From a virus (taxonomy: Duplodnaviria; Caudoviricetes): DNA of 59,165 nt. Under the pieces are notes generated by a model. That model was not told the origin of the DNA. It saw only the letters and a program-made list of their open reading frames with translations, and did not search any database. The DNA lies in the IMG/VR virus record IMGVR_UViG_3300028418_000005, positions 1 to 59,165 of that record; one strand, 5' to 3'. Both the position numbers and the translations under genes were made by a program. Below, piece by piece: positions 8,831 through 17,480 of the stretch; position 1 is the stretch's first letter, and each line of letters starts with the position of its first letter.

Positions 8831-9252
8831 GGCTAACAGCATCTGATCTAAGAGATTTAAATATACTTAAACATTATAGAATAATACGCAAATGGGCTTG
8901 TAAAACAAACAAGTTAAATGATGCGGATCTGGAACTTTTAATTTATTTAGACTCGTTAAAGTTATTTACAAAACATGATTTTAAACAAGGTACGTACTCC
9001 TACAGTTGGGATAATAGGCGCTGGAACAGATTGTTAAAGAGTGGTTGGATAGTAGTTTGGAGAGAACGAAACAGAACAACACAGAAATACAATATTTATA
9101 AAGTATCCGTAAAGTGTAAACAGCTAATAAGTCGTATGTACCGTATTATGTTAGGCGAAGAAGATATGCCTATTAATAAATTAAAAAACAACTATATGGA
9201 TGTAGTTTTAAAAACTTCCATACTAAACGTAAACAAAGATAAAACAAGATAA
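8827..9252 (+). CDS. hypothetical basic protein, possibly winged-helix
   Basis: 141 aa; LNDADLELLIYL...RLLKSGWIVVWR...YNIYKVS pattern. Confidence 0.65.
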   Translation: MRLTASDLRDLNILKHYRIIRKWACKTNKLNDADLELLIYLDSLKLFTKHDFKQGTYSYSWDNRRWNRLLKSGWIVVWRERNRTTQKYNIYKVSVKCKQLISRMYRIMLGEEDMPINKLKNNYMDVVLKTSILNVNKDKTR

Positions 9253-9254
9253 TT

Positions 9255-9491
9255 ATGGCTATGATAACTCAAGTTAATGGTAAAACATTAAACACTATTG
9301 ATTCACAATACGCAACTGGCCAAGCCGCTGTACCAGCTGGACTTAGCTCTGCTGATAGTGCTCAAATATCTGGTATTGCTGGAAATATAAGCGCAGCACC
9401 AGGAGTTACGGGTGGAATTAATCCAAATACAAATGTTGTTGTACCTGGAAATACTCCAGTTGGACTAGGAGACATTAATCAACTAACTTAA
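9255..9491 (+). CDS. hypothetical protein
   Basis: 78-aa ORF, tightly packed. Confidence 0.6.
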   Translation: MAMITQVNGKTLNTIDSQYATGQAAVPAGLSSADSAQISGIAGNISAAPGVTGGINPNTNVVVPGNTPVGLGDINQLT

Positions 9492-9501
9492 TTAAAATAA
9501 G

Positions 9502-9681
9502 ATGCCAGAATACGGAAAAAAGCAAGTTCCAGCAGGAATGAAAAAAAATTGTAATCCTAATTACTTTAAACCAATGGGAGAAAGATCTATGGAGTCTAGA
9601 ATGACTACGGTTAAGACAGATTTAAAAATTGAAAACCTTGAATACAAGGGAAATGCTGTAATTAGAGCAAATAAAGGATAA
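9502..9681 (+). CDS. 59-aa hypothetical protein
   Basis: MPEYGKKQVPAG...RANKG; TAATG coupling to next ORF; read manually. Confidence 0.6.
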   Translation: MPEYGKKQVPAGMKKNCNPNYFKPMGERSMESRMTTVKTDLKIENLEYKGNAVIRANKG

Positions 9682-9836
9682 TGGAAGACATTAAATTATA
9701 CTTATTAAATGCAGGAGCTTTTGGCATAACAATGATGGATTGGTTAGAGCCTGCGTTAAAAATAATGTTGCTTATTTTAACAATTGGTTATACTGTTCAT
9801 AAATGGGCATTACTACATAAGAAAAACAACCCATGA
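9681..9836 (+). CDS. putative holin (51 aa)
   Basis: MEDIKLYLLNAGAFGITMMDWLEPALKIMLLILTIGYTVHKW...: hydrophobic, basic tail, ATGA-coupled to endolysin; read manually. Confidence 0.6.
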   Translation: MEDIKLYLLNAGAFGITMMDWLEPALKIMLLILTIGYTVHKWALLHKKNNP

Positions 9837-10246
9837 GAAGTATAAACGAAATTATAGTACATTGCTCTGCGACTAGAGAAGGTCAAGACATACCAGTTGA
9901 GACAATAAAAGAGTGGCACGTAGACGGTAGAGGATGGACAGACATAGGTTACCATTTTTACATAGAATTAGATGGTACTATTAAAAAAGGTAGAGATATA
10001 GATAAAACAGGAGCTCATTGCAAAGGGCACAATCGTAATTCTATAGGAATTTGTTATTGCGGTGGTGTAGAGAGCGATGGTAAGACACCAAAGGATACTA
10101 GAACAGAAACACAAAAAGAAAGCTTGTTACACGTCCTTAAAACATTAATGGCGATGTTCCCGCTTGCTACTATTTATTCACACAATGAGTTTGCTAATAA
10201 AGCATGCCCATCATTTGATGCGACGAAGGAATATGAAGATCTCTGA
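9833..10246 (+). CDS. endolysin, N-acetylmuramoyl-L-alanine amidase (T7 lysozyme/Amidase_2 type)
   Basis: IIVHCSAT, GWTDIGYHF, GAHCKGHN, H...KACPSFD zinc ligands. Confidence 0.93.
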   Translation: MRSINEIIVHCSATREGQDIPVETIKEWHVDGRGWTDIGYHFYIELDGTIKKGRDIDKTGAHCKGHNRNSIGICYCGGVESDGKTPKDTRTETQKESLLHVLKTLMAMFPLATIYSHNEFANKACPSFDATKEYEDL

Positions 10247-10634
10247 GAACACTGAGTTTAAGATTGATATAAAAACTGTAATTGGAATAATAATGTTTAC
10301 TACTACAATAGTAGGTATGTATTATACATTACAAGAGGATATAGCAGAAGCTAAAACTTTACCACCAGTTGAAGTATCTCGTTTAGAGTATGAACTAAAA
10401 GAAGAGTGGAATGAAAAAATGATTATAGATTTAAGTGAAAGAGTTAATATGCTTGAGCAAATTGACGATGTTGCTTTTGAAGAAATAAGTATTCTTTCAA
10501 CTTTAATAAAAGATGGTACTGAAAGTGATGGTAAGTTAGAGGAACTTAACAGACAACTAGAAGCTTTACAAAATAAAAAACCAAAAGTAATAGTTAAAGA
10601 AATTAAAGTAGATAAAAAAGGTAGAAAATTATAA
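10233..10634 (+). CDS. single-TM coiled-coil protein, spanin-like candidate
   Basis: likely start MKISENT at 10233 (track starts 10164); TM helix then coiled coil; follows endolysin. Confidence 0.55.
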   Translation: MKISENTEFKIDIKTVIGIIMFTTTIVGMYYTLQEDIAEAKTLPPVEVSRLEYELKEEWNEKMIIDLSERVNMLEQIDDVAFEEISILSTLIKDGTESDGKLEELNRQLEALQNKKPKVIVKEIKVDKKGRKL

Positions 10635-10637
10635 CTC

Positions 10638-10769
10638 ATGGCAAAAAAGAGAACAAAGAAAAACATGAAAAATCCTTGTTGGAAAGGTTATGAAGCTATA
10701 GGTATGAAGAAAAAAGGCGGTAAAAAAGTACCTAACTGTGTGCCTGTTAAAGGAAAAAAGAAAAAATAA
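10638..10769 (+). CDS. 43-aa basic protein with CWKGY...VPNCVP motif
   Basis: MAKKRTKKNMKNPCWKGYEAIGMKKKGGKKVPNCVPVKGKKKK; read manually. Confidence 0.7.
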   Translation: MAKKRTKKNMKNPCWKGYEAIGMKKKGGKKVPNCVPVKGKKKK

Positions 10770-11017
10770 TGGCAATAAGAAAAACTACAAAAGGTAAAGG
10801 TCGTAACTTTAGAAGCACAGAAGAAGGTGCTGGTATGACATCTAAAGGTGTTAAAGCCTATAGAAAAGCTAATCCTGGTAGTAAACTTAAAACCGCTGTA
10901 ACTGGAAAAGTTAAAAAAGGCAGTAAGGCTGCTAAACGTAGAAAAGCTTTTTGTGCTAGATCCAAAGGTTGGAAAGGCGAAAGAGGTTTAGCTGCTAGAA
11001 AAAGATGGAAATGTTAA
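10769..11017 (+). CDS. highly basic conserved phage protein
   Basis: RRKAFCARSKG...AARKRWKC motif typical of a widespread phage family. Confidence 0.75.
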   Translation: MAIRKTTKGKGRNFRSTEEGAGMTSKGVKAYRKANPGSKLKTAVTGKVKKGSKAAKRRKAFCARSKGWKGERGLAARKRWKC

Positions 11018-11029
11018 AATAAAATAAAG

Positions 11030-11113
11030 ATGGCGTACGGTAAGAAAAAAATGACTAAAAAAACTACTAAAAAAAAGGTTGTAAAATCAAAGTCTAAAAA
11101 AACTAAAAAATAA
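11030..11113 (+). CDS. 27-aa Lys-rich microprotein
   Basis: MAYGKKKMTKKTTKKKVVKSKSKKTKK (14 Lys); read manually. Confidence 0.5.
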   Translation: MAYGKKKMTKKTTKKKVVKSKSKKTKK

Positions 11114-11130
11114 AATAAAAACACAATTAA

Positions 11131-11304
11131 ATGGAATCAAATGAATCAAAGGGTTTAGGAGACTCAATAGAAAAATTCACAACAGCTACTGGTATAAAAA
11201 AATTAGCAGACAAAATACCAGGTGGCTGCGGTTGTAAAGCTAGAAAAGAAAAATTAAATCAAATGTTTCCTTATGGAAAAAAAGAAACAAAAAAAGAAGT
11301 TTAA
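11131..11304 (+). CDS. 57-aa protein with GLGD...CGC..RKEKLN motif
   Basis: MESNESKGLGDSIEKFTTATGIKK...GCGCKARKEKLNQMFPY; read manually. Confidence 0.7.
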   Translation: MESNESKGLGDSIEKFTTATGIKKLADKIPGGCGCKARKEKLNQMFPYGKKETKKEV

Positions 11305-11731
11305 TGAAACAAAGGTAGGTATTTTTTTAAAAGAAAAAGCTCCTAGCATTATAAATAAGTTAGGTGATTTTCTGCCAGATCAAGGTGGTCTTGGAATTGT
11401 AAAAAATATTATAACAAGTGATTCTAGTATAGAACCACAGGATAAAGAAATAGCTTTAAACCTGTTAGAACAGGACATAGCTGAAATGACCAATATTTCT
11501 AGTCGCTGGAAAAGTGACATGAGTTCAGATTCTTGGCTAAGTAAAAACACTCGTCCACTTACATTAATTTACCTTACTTTATCAATGACAATTTTAATGG
11601 TATTAGATTCAACTGTTATATTAGATATAAATAACGGTTGGGTATCATTACTTGAAGCTTTATTAATAACGGTATATGTAGCATACTTCGGAAGTCGTGG
11701 GGCTGAAAAAATAACAAAAATAAGAAAATAA
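11273..11731 (+). CDS. holin-like membrane protein (3TM/GTA-holin type)
   Basis: RWKSDMSSDSWLSKNTRP, two TM helices, AYFGSRGAEK. Confidence 0.7.
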   Translation: MEKKKQKKKFNETKVGIFLKEKAPSIINKLGDFLPDQGGLGIVKNIITSDSSIEPQDKEIALNLLEQDIAEMTNISSRWKSDMSSDSWLSKNTRPLTLIYLTLSMTILMVLDSTVILDINNGWVSLLEALLITVYVAYFGSRGAEKITKIRK

Positions 11732-11737
11732 AAAAAA

Positions 11738-12475
11738 ATGAGTGTAATAGGAACAACACATAAACAACCAAGAGTTTTTGCACACGATGCAGTATCTCTT
11801 AGGAATTTACCAGGATGTATCTACAGAGGTATAACAAACATAGATTTAGTTAGCCAAAACGGAGGTTCTGGTTTTATGGCAGATCAGGTTTATAATGCTT
11901 TAACCACTGGTGCAGCTGGAACAGTTATACAAGTACAAGTTACTGCAGTAGACGTAGATGGTAAAATAGAATCATTGGATGTTTTAAATTCTAATTGTCA
12001 AAGTACTAATTTATCTCTTCTTGATAGTCTAACTGTTTTATGGGCGCCAGATGCAGATGGTGTATATGAAGAAGGTGAAGATGCTGTAGATTTTATAATA
12101 ATTGATGGATTAGATAATACTAGTTGGGATTACGGGTGTCCTATATCACCAGCAGGAACTAGATTTCCACTAGAAGACCCAGTTCCAGCTTCTTATAGCC
12201 CAATGTTATCTTACAGACAAAAAGATTTAATAGATTTAAAATGTCTTGAATGTAGTTACAAAGCTTTAAGTCCTGGAGCTGCGTTATACATAGGATATGA
12301 TTTAGAAAGTATTACGGTTACTATGGAAAGCGGTAACCAGACTACGTTTTACAACGTTCCAGCTGGTAGTTTTTTACCTGTTGCTGTTTTAACAGTTTGT
12401 CAAGCTAAAGCTATTGATGGCGATGAGGCTCCTACTGCCGAAGATTTAAAAGAATATATTACGTGCTTGTTTTAG
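11738..12475 (+). CDS. putative virion structural protein
   Basis: 245 aa, beta-rich; C-terminal ALYIG...TTFYNVPAGSFLPVAV. Confidence 0.65.
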   Translation: MSVIGTTHKQPRVFAHDAVSLRNLPGCIYRGITNIDLVSQNGGSGFMADQVYNALTTGAAGTVIQVQVTAVDVDGKIESLDVLNSNCQSTNLSLLDSLTVLWAPDADGVYEEGEDAVDFIIIDGLDNTSWDYGCPISPAGTRFPLEDPVPASYSPMLSYRQKDLIDLKCLECSYKALSPGAALYIGYDLESITVTMESGNQTTFYNVPAGSFLPVAVLTVCQAKAIDGDEAPTAEDLKEYITCLF

Positions 12476-12597
12476 GTAATAAAAATACTATTAATAACAG
12501 GTTAATGACAACTAGACACAAAAGAAAAAGTATTGTATCTAAGCAAACTTTGTTTAGTGTTATTTTGTCTTTTTTTAAACGTAGTAACTAGATAAAT

Positions 12598-12777
12598 ATG
12601 CCTATATTAAGCACTAAAAACACTATTGCCTGTGTTCGCTTGTTGAAAGGTTTGAAATCTCCTACTCCACCGGCACCAAGACCTGGAGATGATAAAATAA
12701 TTCAAGAACTAGGAGAGGAACCTATTTATATATTGCTTGAAAACAGTTCTAGTACAGATTTTATAATACAAGAATAA
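12598..12777 (+). CDS. 59-aa hypothetical protein
   Basis: MPILSTKNTIAC...PTPPAPRPG...DFIIQE; TAATG-coupled to collagen gene; read manually. Confidence 0.6.
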   Translation: MPILSTKNTIACVRLLKGLKSPTPPAPRPGDDKIIQELGEEPIYILLENSSSTDFIIQE

Positions 12778-13898
12778 TGGCTAATAAAAAAATATCACAA
12801 TTTACACCTCAAACTGACATAACTCAAATACAAGGTTTAGCTGGTTATGACCGCAATGAAAACATTAAAATTAGTGGTTCAGAACTAATAAGTTCTTTGA
12901 TAAATAATGGACTTGGTGGCATACAAGGACCTCCTGGCGAGCAAGGTGAACAAGGTATACAAGGAGAAACAGGTATTCAAGGACCTCCAGGTGAACAAGG
13001 AGAAGATGGTGTGCGAGGTTCTCAAGGTCTGCGAGGTGAAAAAGGTGATCCAGGAGAACAAGGTGAACAAGGAGAAAGTGGCGCTAACGGAGCTCAGGGA
13101 ATACAAGGAGTAAATGGAACTAATGGGACTAACGGAGCTCAGGGAGAAAGAGGAGAACCTGGAACAAACGGTAGAGATGGAGCTCAAGGAATACAAGGAG
13201 AGCCAGGAGAACAAGGTATTCAAGGATTACCTGGAGTTACAGGGGCGCAAGGTGGTGTAGGACCTGGTATTACACTTAAAGGTAATGTTGCTAATGTAAG
13301 TGATTTACCTGCAAGTGGAAATGCACAAGGAGACGCTTATATAGTACAATCAAATGATTCGATATGGATTTGGGATGGAGACGAATGGATTGATGGTGGG
13401 TCTATTCAAGGTCCTCAAGGGGTTCAGGGATTACCTGGAACAAACGGAACTAATGGAGCTAGAGGTATTCAAGGGGAAACTGGTGAACAAGGAGAGCAAG
13501 GTGAACCTGGAGTCGCTGGAGCTAGAGGACCAGCAGGAACTAACGGGACTAATGGAGCACAAGGAATACCTGGGGTTAATGGAACTAACGGTAGAGATGG
13601 AGCTAACGGATCACAAGGTGCTCAAGGTGAGCAAGGTGAAGAAGGAGCACAAGGTGCTCAAGGTCCAGCAGGTAGTCAAGGGCCAGCGGGCGCACAAGGT
13701 CCACAAGGTTTACAAGGCGACCCAGCTAAAACAGTTGACGTTATTGTTGATTTTGCTATTAATGAAGGTCCAATTACAAATATAGATTTAAACTCAAGAA
13801 GTGGTTGTGTAACTTTCACAACGGCATCTGGCTTTCAATTTGCGTTGGCTCCAGGAGAATGTAGACCTGAACTAAATCCAGATGATGAAGGTAGATAG
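12777..13898 (+). CDS. collagen-like (Gly-X-Y) tail fibre protein
   Basis: MANKKISQF anchor; two long GXY tracts separated by a GDAYIV...WIWDGDEW domain. Confidence 0.9.
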   Translation: MANKKISQFTPQTDITQIQGLAGYDRNENIKISGSELISSLINNGLGGIQGPPGEQGEQGIQGETGIQGPPGEQGEDGVRGSQGLRGEKGDPGEQGEQGESGANGAQGIQGVNGTNGTNGAQGERGEPGTNGRDGAQGIQGEPGEQGIQGLPGVTGAQGGVGPGITLKGNVANVSDLPASGNAQGDAYIVQSNDSIWIWDGDEWIDGGSIQGPQGVQGLPGTNGTNGARGIQGETGEQGEQGEPGVAGARGPAGTNGTNGAQGIPGVNGTNGRDGANGSQGAQGEQGEEGAQGAQGPAGSQGPAGAQGPQGLQGDPAKTVDVIVDFAINEGPITNIDLNSRSGCVTFTTASGFQFALAPGECRPELNPDDEGR

Positions 13899-13899
13899 G

Positions 13900-13931
13900 G
13901 TTAATAAATTAATTATCAAGTGATAGTATAA
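13900..13931 (+). promoter_or_regulatory. putative phage sigma-dependent promoter
   Basis: GTGATAGTATAA at 13920-13931, upstream of the packaging operon. Confidence 0.55.
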
Positions 13932-13955
13932 GTAATAACAATTAAATAAAATAAA

Positions 13956-14213
13956 ATGAAAATAAAAGAAGAACACTTAAAAACAATTCAAGAACAACAA
14001 TCAAAGTTGAATAATCTATTAAATCAAATAGGTTATGTTTCCGCACAAAAACATTCTTTACTTCACGACTTTTCTAAAGTAAATAAAGAAACTGAAGATT
14101 TTAAATCTATATTAGAAGAAGAGTATGGCTCGATAAATATAGACGTTACTACAGGTGAATATACTATAGTTGAAAAAGAAGCCAAGCTAGAAGTAGTTAA
14201 GGAGGACAAATAA
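13956..14213 (+). CDS. hypothetical coiled-coil protein
   Basis: 85 aa; LEEEYGSINIDVTTGEY. Confidence 0.75.
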   Translation: MKIKEEHLKTIQEQQSKLNNLLNQIGYVSAQKHSLLHDFSKVNKETEDFKSILEEEYGSINIDVTTGEYTIVEKEAKLEVVKEDK

Positions 14214-14446
14214 TGTCTACTGTTATAAGAAAAATTAGTATAGGATCTGATTACAAAAATGATGCCATGCATTATTCAGTAGGTCAAGAAGTTTATGGTG
14301 GTCACACTATATGTGACATACTAAATGACGAAGCTAAAGGTGAATATTCTATTTATATTAAAAAAGAGGGAGAGGTTTTACCTTGGAAAAGGTTTAATTC
14401 TAACATGGCAATAGCTGTAGAATATAATTTACACTACGGTGAATAG
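14213..14446 (+). CDS. hypothetical protein
   Basis: 77 aa, TAATG-coupled. Confidence 0.75.
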   Translation: MSTVIRKISIGSDYKNDAMHYSVGQEVYGGHTICDILNDEAKGEYSIYIKKEGEVLPWKRFNSNMAIAVEYNLHYGE

Positions 14447-15143
14447 TATATATGACTATATAGTAAAACCAATAGGTGAAAGATACAACAATACTAAAAA
14501 AGTTGGTAATAAAAACTTAATTTTAAATACTAAAATAGAAACTTTTAAAGTTATCAACAAAAAAGCTATTGTAATTTCTACTCCATCTGGTTATAAACTA
14601 CCTATAAAAAAAGGCGATATTGTCTACATACATCATAATGTATTTAGAAAATATTACAACATGAAAGGCAAACAGCAGAATAGTAGATCTTATTTTAAAG
14701 ATGATATGTATTTTTGCTCACCAGATCAAATATATTTATATGAAAGAAATAAACAAAAATATTCTTTTATGGATAGGTGTTTTATTAAACCATTGGTTTC
14801 AAGTAAGATTGGTGAAAAGACTATTAAAAACATGGGCTTGCTTAAATATAGTAATAAAATATTAAGTAAGTTAGGTGTAAATGAAAACGATATAGTTAGC
14901 TTTCCTAATAAAAGAGAGTGGGAGTTTGTTATAGATGGTGAATTATTATATTGTATGAAATCTAAAGATATATTATTAAAACATGAACGTCAAGGAAACG
15001 AAGAAGAATATAATTCAAGCAGCACAACTTGCTGTCAAGGAGTTGATAAAAGTTGCAAAAGAGCCGATAGTGGATACGGGGGAAGATGTGACTGCGGATC
15101 GTTTGAAAAATGCCGCTGCAACAAAGAAGTTAGCTATATTTGA
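14439..15143 (+). CDS. GroES-like fold protein
   Basis: GTG start; two beta modules (IKKGDIVYIHHN; VNENDIVSF...FVIDGELLYCMKSKDI). Confidence 0.6.
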   Translation: MNSIYDYIVKPIGERYNNTKKVGNKNLILNTKIETFKVINKKAIVISTPSGYKLPIKKGDIVYIHHNVFRKYYNMKGKQQNSRSYFKDDMYFCSPDQIYLYERNKQKYSFMDRCFIKPLVSSKIGEKTIKNMGLLKYSNKILSKLGVNENDIVSFPNKREWEFVIDGELLYCMKSKDILLKHERQGNEEEYNSSSTTCCQGVDKSCKRADSGYGGRCDCGSFEKCRCNKEVSYI

Positions 15144-15258
15144 TGCGTTTGAAATATTAACAAGAATTCAAGAAGAAGAAGATAAGTTAAGTGTAAAACC
15201 AAAAGAAGAAAAAGAAGAAAGAAATTTTAGAGGTTTTGCGGAAGGGCGTAGTAAATGA
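14983..15258 (+). CDS. putative terminase small subunit
   Basis: 91-aa helical protein ATGA-coupled to terL. Confidence 0.55.
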   Translation: MNVKETKKNIIQAAQLAVKELIKVAKEPIVDTGEDVTADRLKNAAATKKLAIFDAFEILTRIQEEEDKLSVKPKEEKEERNFRGFAEGRSK

Positions 15259-17477
15259 CTTACATACAATCACTGTGGAAAAAAGTTGACAATGCTGTTA
15301 ATGATAAAATATTTTCTAAAAATAATAGGTTTAAAAAATGGGAGTATGGTTATAACTCTGATTATGATTTTATAGTAATAAGTAAAACTGGAAAAATTGG
15401 ACAAATCATTGAAATACAGAATCTCAGGATTGCTTTACCAGCAACAGATGAACCGTTTAAACGAAGTGAAGAAAAAGCGGAGCAATATTGGGAAAAACAA
15501 GAGTACCCAAAAGAACTAAGTAGAATTAAAAGTAGATTCGACTGGGAAGAATACCCAGCAGAATTTAAAGAAAAGTGGTACGATTACATAGATGCAGAGT
15601 TTAAAAGAAGAGAACAAGGTTACTGGTTCTATAATAATGGTACTCCTATTTATATTACTGGTACTCATTACATGTACTTACAATGGTCAAAGATCGACGT
15701 TGGCGCAGCCGATTACAGGGAAGCAAATAGATTATTCTTTATATTTTGGGAAGCATGTAAAGCAGATAACAGGTGTTACGGAATGTGCTACCTTAAAAAC
15801 AGAAGATCTGGGTTTTCATTTATGTCCTCAGCTGAACTTGTTAACCAAGCAACAATATCTTCAGATGCTAGGTTTGGTATACTTTCAAAAACTGGATCAG
15901 ATGCAAAGAAAATGTTTACAGATAAAGTTGTTCCAATATCCGTTAATTATCCATTTTTCTTCAAACCGATTCAAGATGGTATGGATAGGCCGAAGACTGA
16001 ATTGGCATATAGGGTTCCAGCTTCAAAACTTACTAGACGTAAACTAGATGATAATGTAAAGTTAAAAGAATTAAGAGGCTTAGATACAACTATTGACTGG
16101 AAAAATACTGGTGACAACTCTTACGATGGTGAAAAGCTAAAATTATTAGCTCATGATGAAAGTGGTAAATGGGAAAGACCTGATAATATATTAAACAACT
16201 GGAGAGTTACAAAAACTACATTAAGACTAGGTCGTAGAATCGTAGGTAAATGTATGATGGGTTCAACTTCAAATGCTTTAGAAAAAGGTGGAAACAATTT
16301 CAAAAAATTATACGACAGTTCAAGCGTTACAAGAAGAAATAAAAACGGACAAACAGCTTCTGGATTGTATTCTTTATTCATCCCTATGGAATGGAACTAC
16401 GAAGGATTCATGGATACTTTTGGATCACCTGTATTCGTTACGCCGAAAAATAAAACTTTCGGAGTTGACGGTATTGAAGTTACAACTGGAGTTATCGAAC
16501 ACTGGGAAAACGAAGTTGATGGATTAAAGGATGATCCTGATAGTTTAAATGAATATTACAGGCAATTTCCAAGAACTGAAAAACACGCTTTCAGAGATGA
16601 AATTAAATCTTCATTATTTAATTTAACTAAAATATACGAGCAAATAGATTTTAATGAAGAATTAAATAATACAGTGCAAACTACTATTGGTAATTTTCAA
16701 TGGTCAAAAGGTATTAAAGACACTAGCGTTGTTTTTTTACCTTCTAAAAATGGTAGGTTTAATGTAAGCTGGGTTCCGCCATTGGATTTACAAAATAATG
16801 TAATTAATAAAAATGGAGTTAAACAACCAGGTAACGAGCATATTGGAGCATTCGGTTGTGATTCTTATGATATTAGCGGTACTGTTGACGGTCGTGGTTC
16901 TAAAGGAGCGTTACATGGATTAACAAAGTTTTCTTTAGAAGATGCGCCTCCTAATCACTTTTTTTTAGAATACATAGCTAGACCTCAAACAGCTGAAATA
17001 TTTTTTGAAGACGTTTTAATGGCTTTGGTTTTTTATGGAATGCCTATACTAGCTGAAAATAACAAACCAAGACTATTGTACTATTTAAAAAGAAGAGGTT
17101 ACAGGCAGTTTAGTATTAACAGGCCAGACAAAGTTTGGAATAAACTTTCTATAGCGGAAAAAGAAATAGGTGGTATACCAAACTCTAGTGAAGATATTAA
17201 ACAAGTTCATGCTGCAGCTATTGAAGCCTATATAGAAGACTTTGTAGGCTTGAGAGAGTCTGGATACGGAGATATGTATCATCAGCGTACTTTAGAAGAT
17301 TGGTCACAATTTGATATAAACAAAAGAACCAAACACGATGCTTCTATTAGTTCTGGCTTAGCAATAATGGCTTGTAATAAAAATAAATACAAACCAAACT
17401 TAAAAAGACAAGTTAAGAGCATTGATTTAGGTTTTAAAAGATATGACAACGACGGAGTAACTTCAAAAATAACATAA
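15255..17477 (+). CDS. terL: terminase large subunit
   Basis: Walker A-like KNRRSGFS, Walker B LLAHDESGK, MMGSTSN coupling motif, nuclease FGCDSYD...HDASISS. Confidence 0.9.
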   Translation: MTYIQSLWKKVDNAVNDKIFSKNNRFKKWEYGYNSDYDFIVISKTGKIGQIIEIQNLRIALPATDEPFKRSEEKAEQYWEKQEYPKELSRIKSRFDWEEYPAEFKEKWYDYIDAEFKRREQGYWFYNNGTPIYITGTHYMYLQWSKIDVGAADYREANRLFFIFWEACKADNRCYGMCYLKNRRSGFSFMSSAELVNQATISSDARFGILSKTGSDAKKMFTDKVVPISVNYPFFFKPIQDGMDRPKTELAYRVPASKLTRRKLDDNVKLKELRGLDTTIDWKNTGDNSYDGEKLKLLAHDESGKWERPDNILNNWRVTKTTLRLGRRIVGKCMMGSTSNALEKGGNNFKKLYDSSSVTRRNKNGQTASGLYSLFIPMEWNYEGFMDTFGSPVFVTPKNKTFGVDGIEVTTGVIEHWENEVDGLKDDPDSLNEYYRQFPRTEKHAFRDEIKSSLFNLTKIYEQIDFNEELNNTVQTTIGNFQWSKGIKDTSVVFLPSKNGRFNVSWVPPLDLQNNVINKNGVKQPGNEHIGAFGCDSYDISGTVDGRGSKGALHGLTKFSLEDAPPNHFFLEYIARPQTAEIFFEDVLMALVFYGMPILAENNKPRLLYYLKRRGYRQFSINRPDKVWNKLSIAEKEIGGIPNSSEDIKQVHAAAIEAYIEDFVGLRESGYGDMYHQRTLEDWSQFDINKRTKHDASISSGLAIMACNKNKYKPNLKRQVKSIDLGFKRYDNDGVTSKIT

Positions 17478-17480
17478 TAA

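Noticed and set aside
12505-12591. 28-aa ORF MTTRHKRKSIVSKQTLFSVILSFFKRSN
   Set aside because: Too short, no motif and no coupling to the upstream gene; cannot be supported
12885-13785. Alternative-frame ORFs within the collagen gene
   Set aside because: By-products of the GXY codon periodicity
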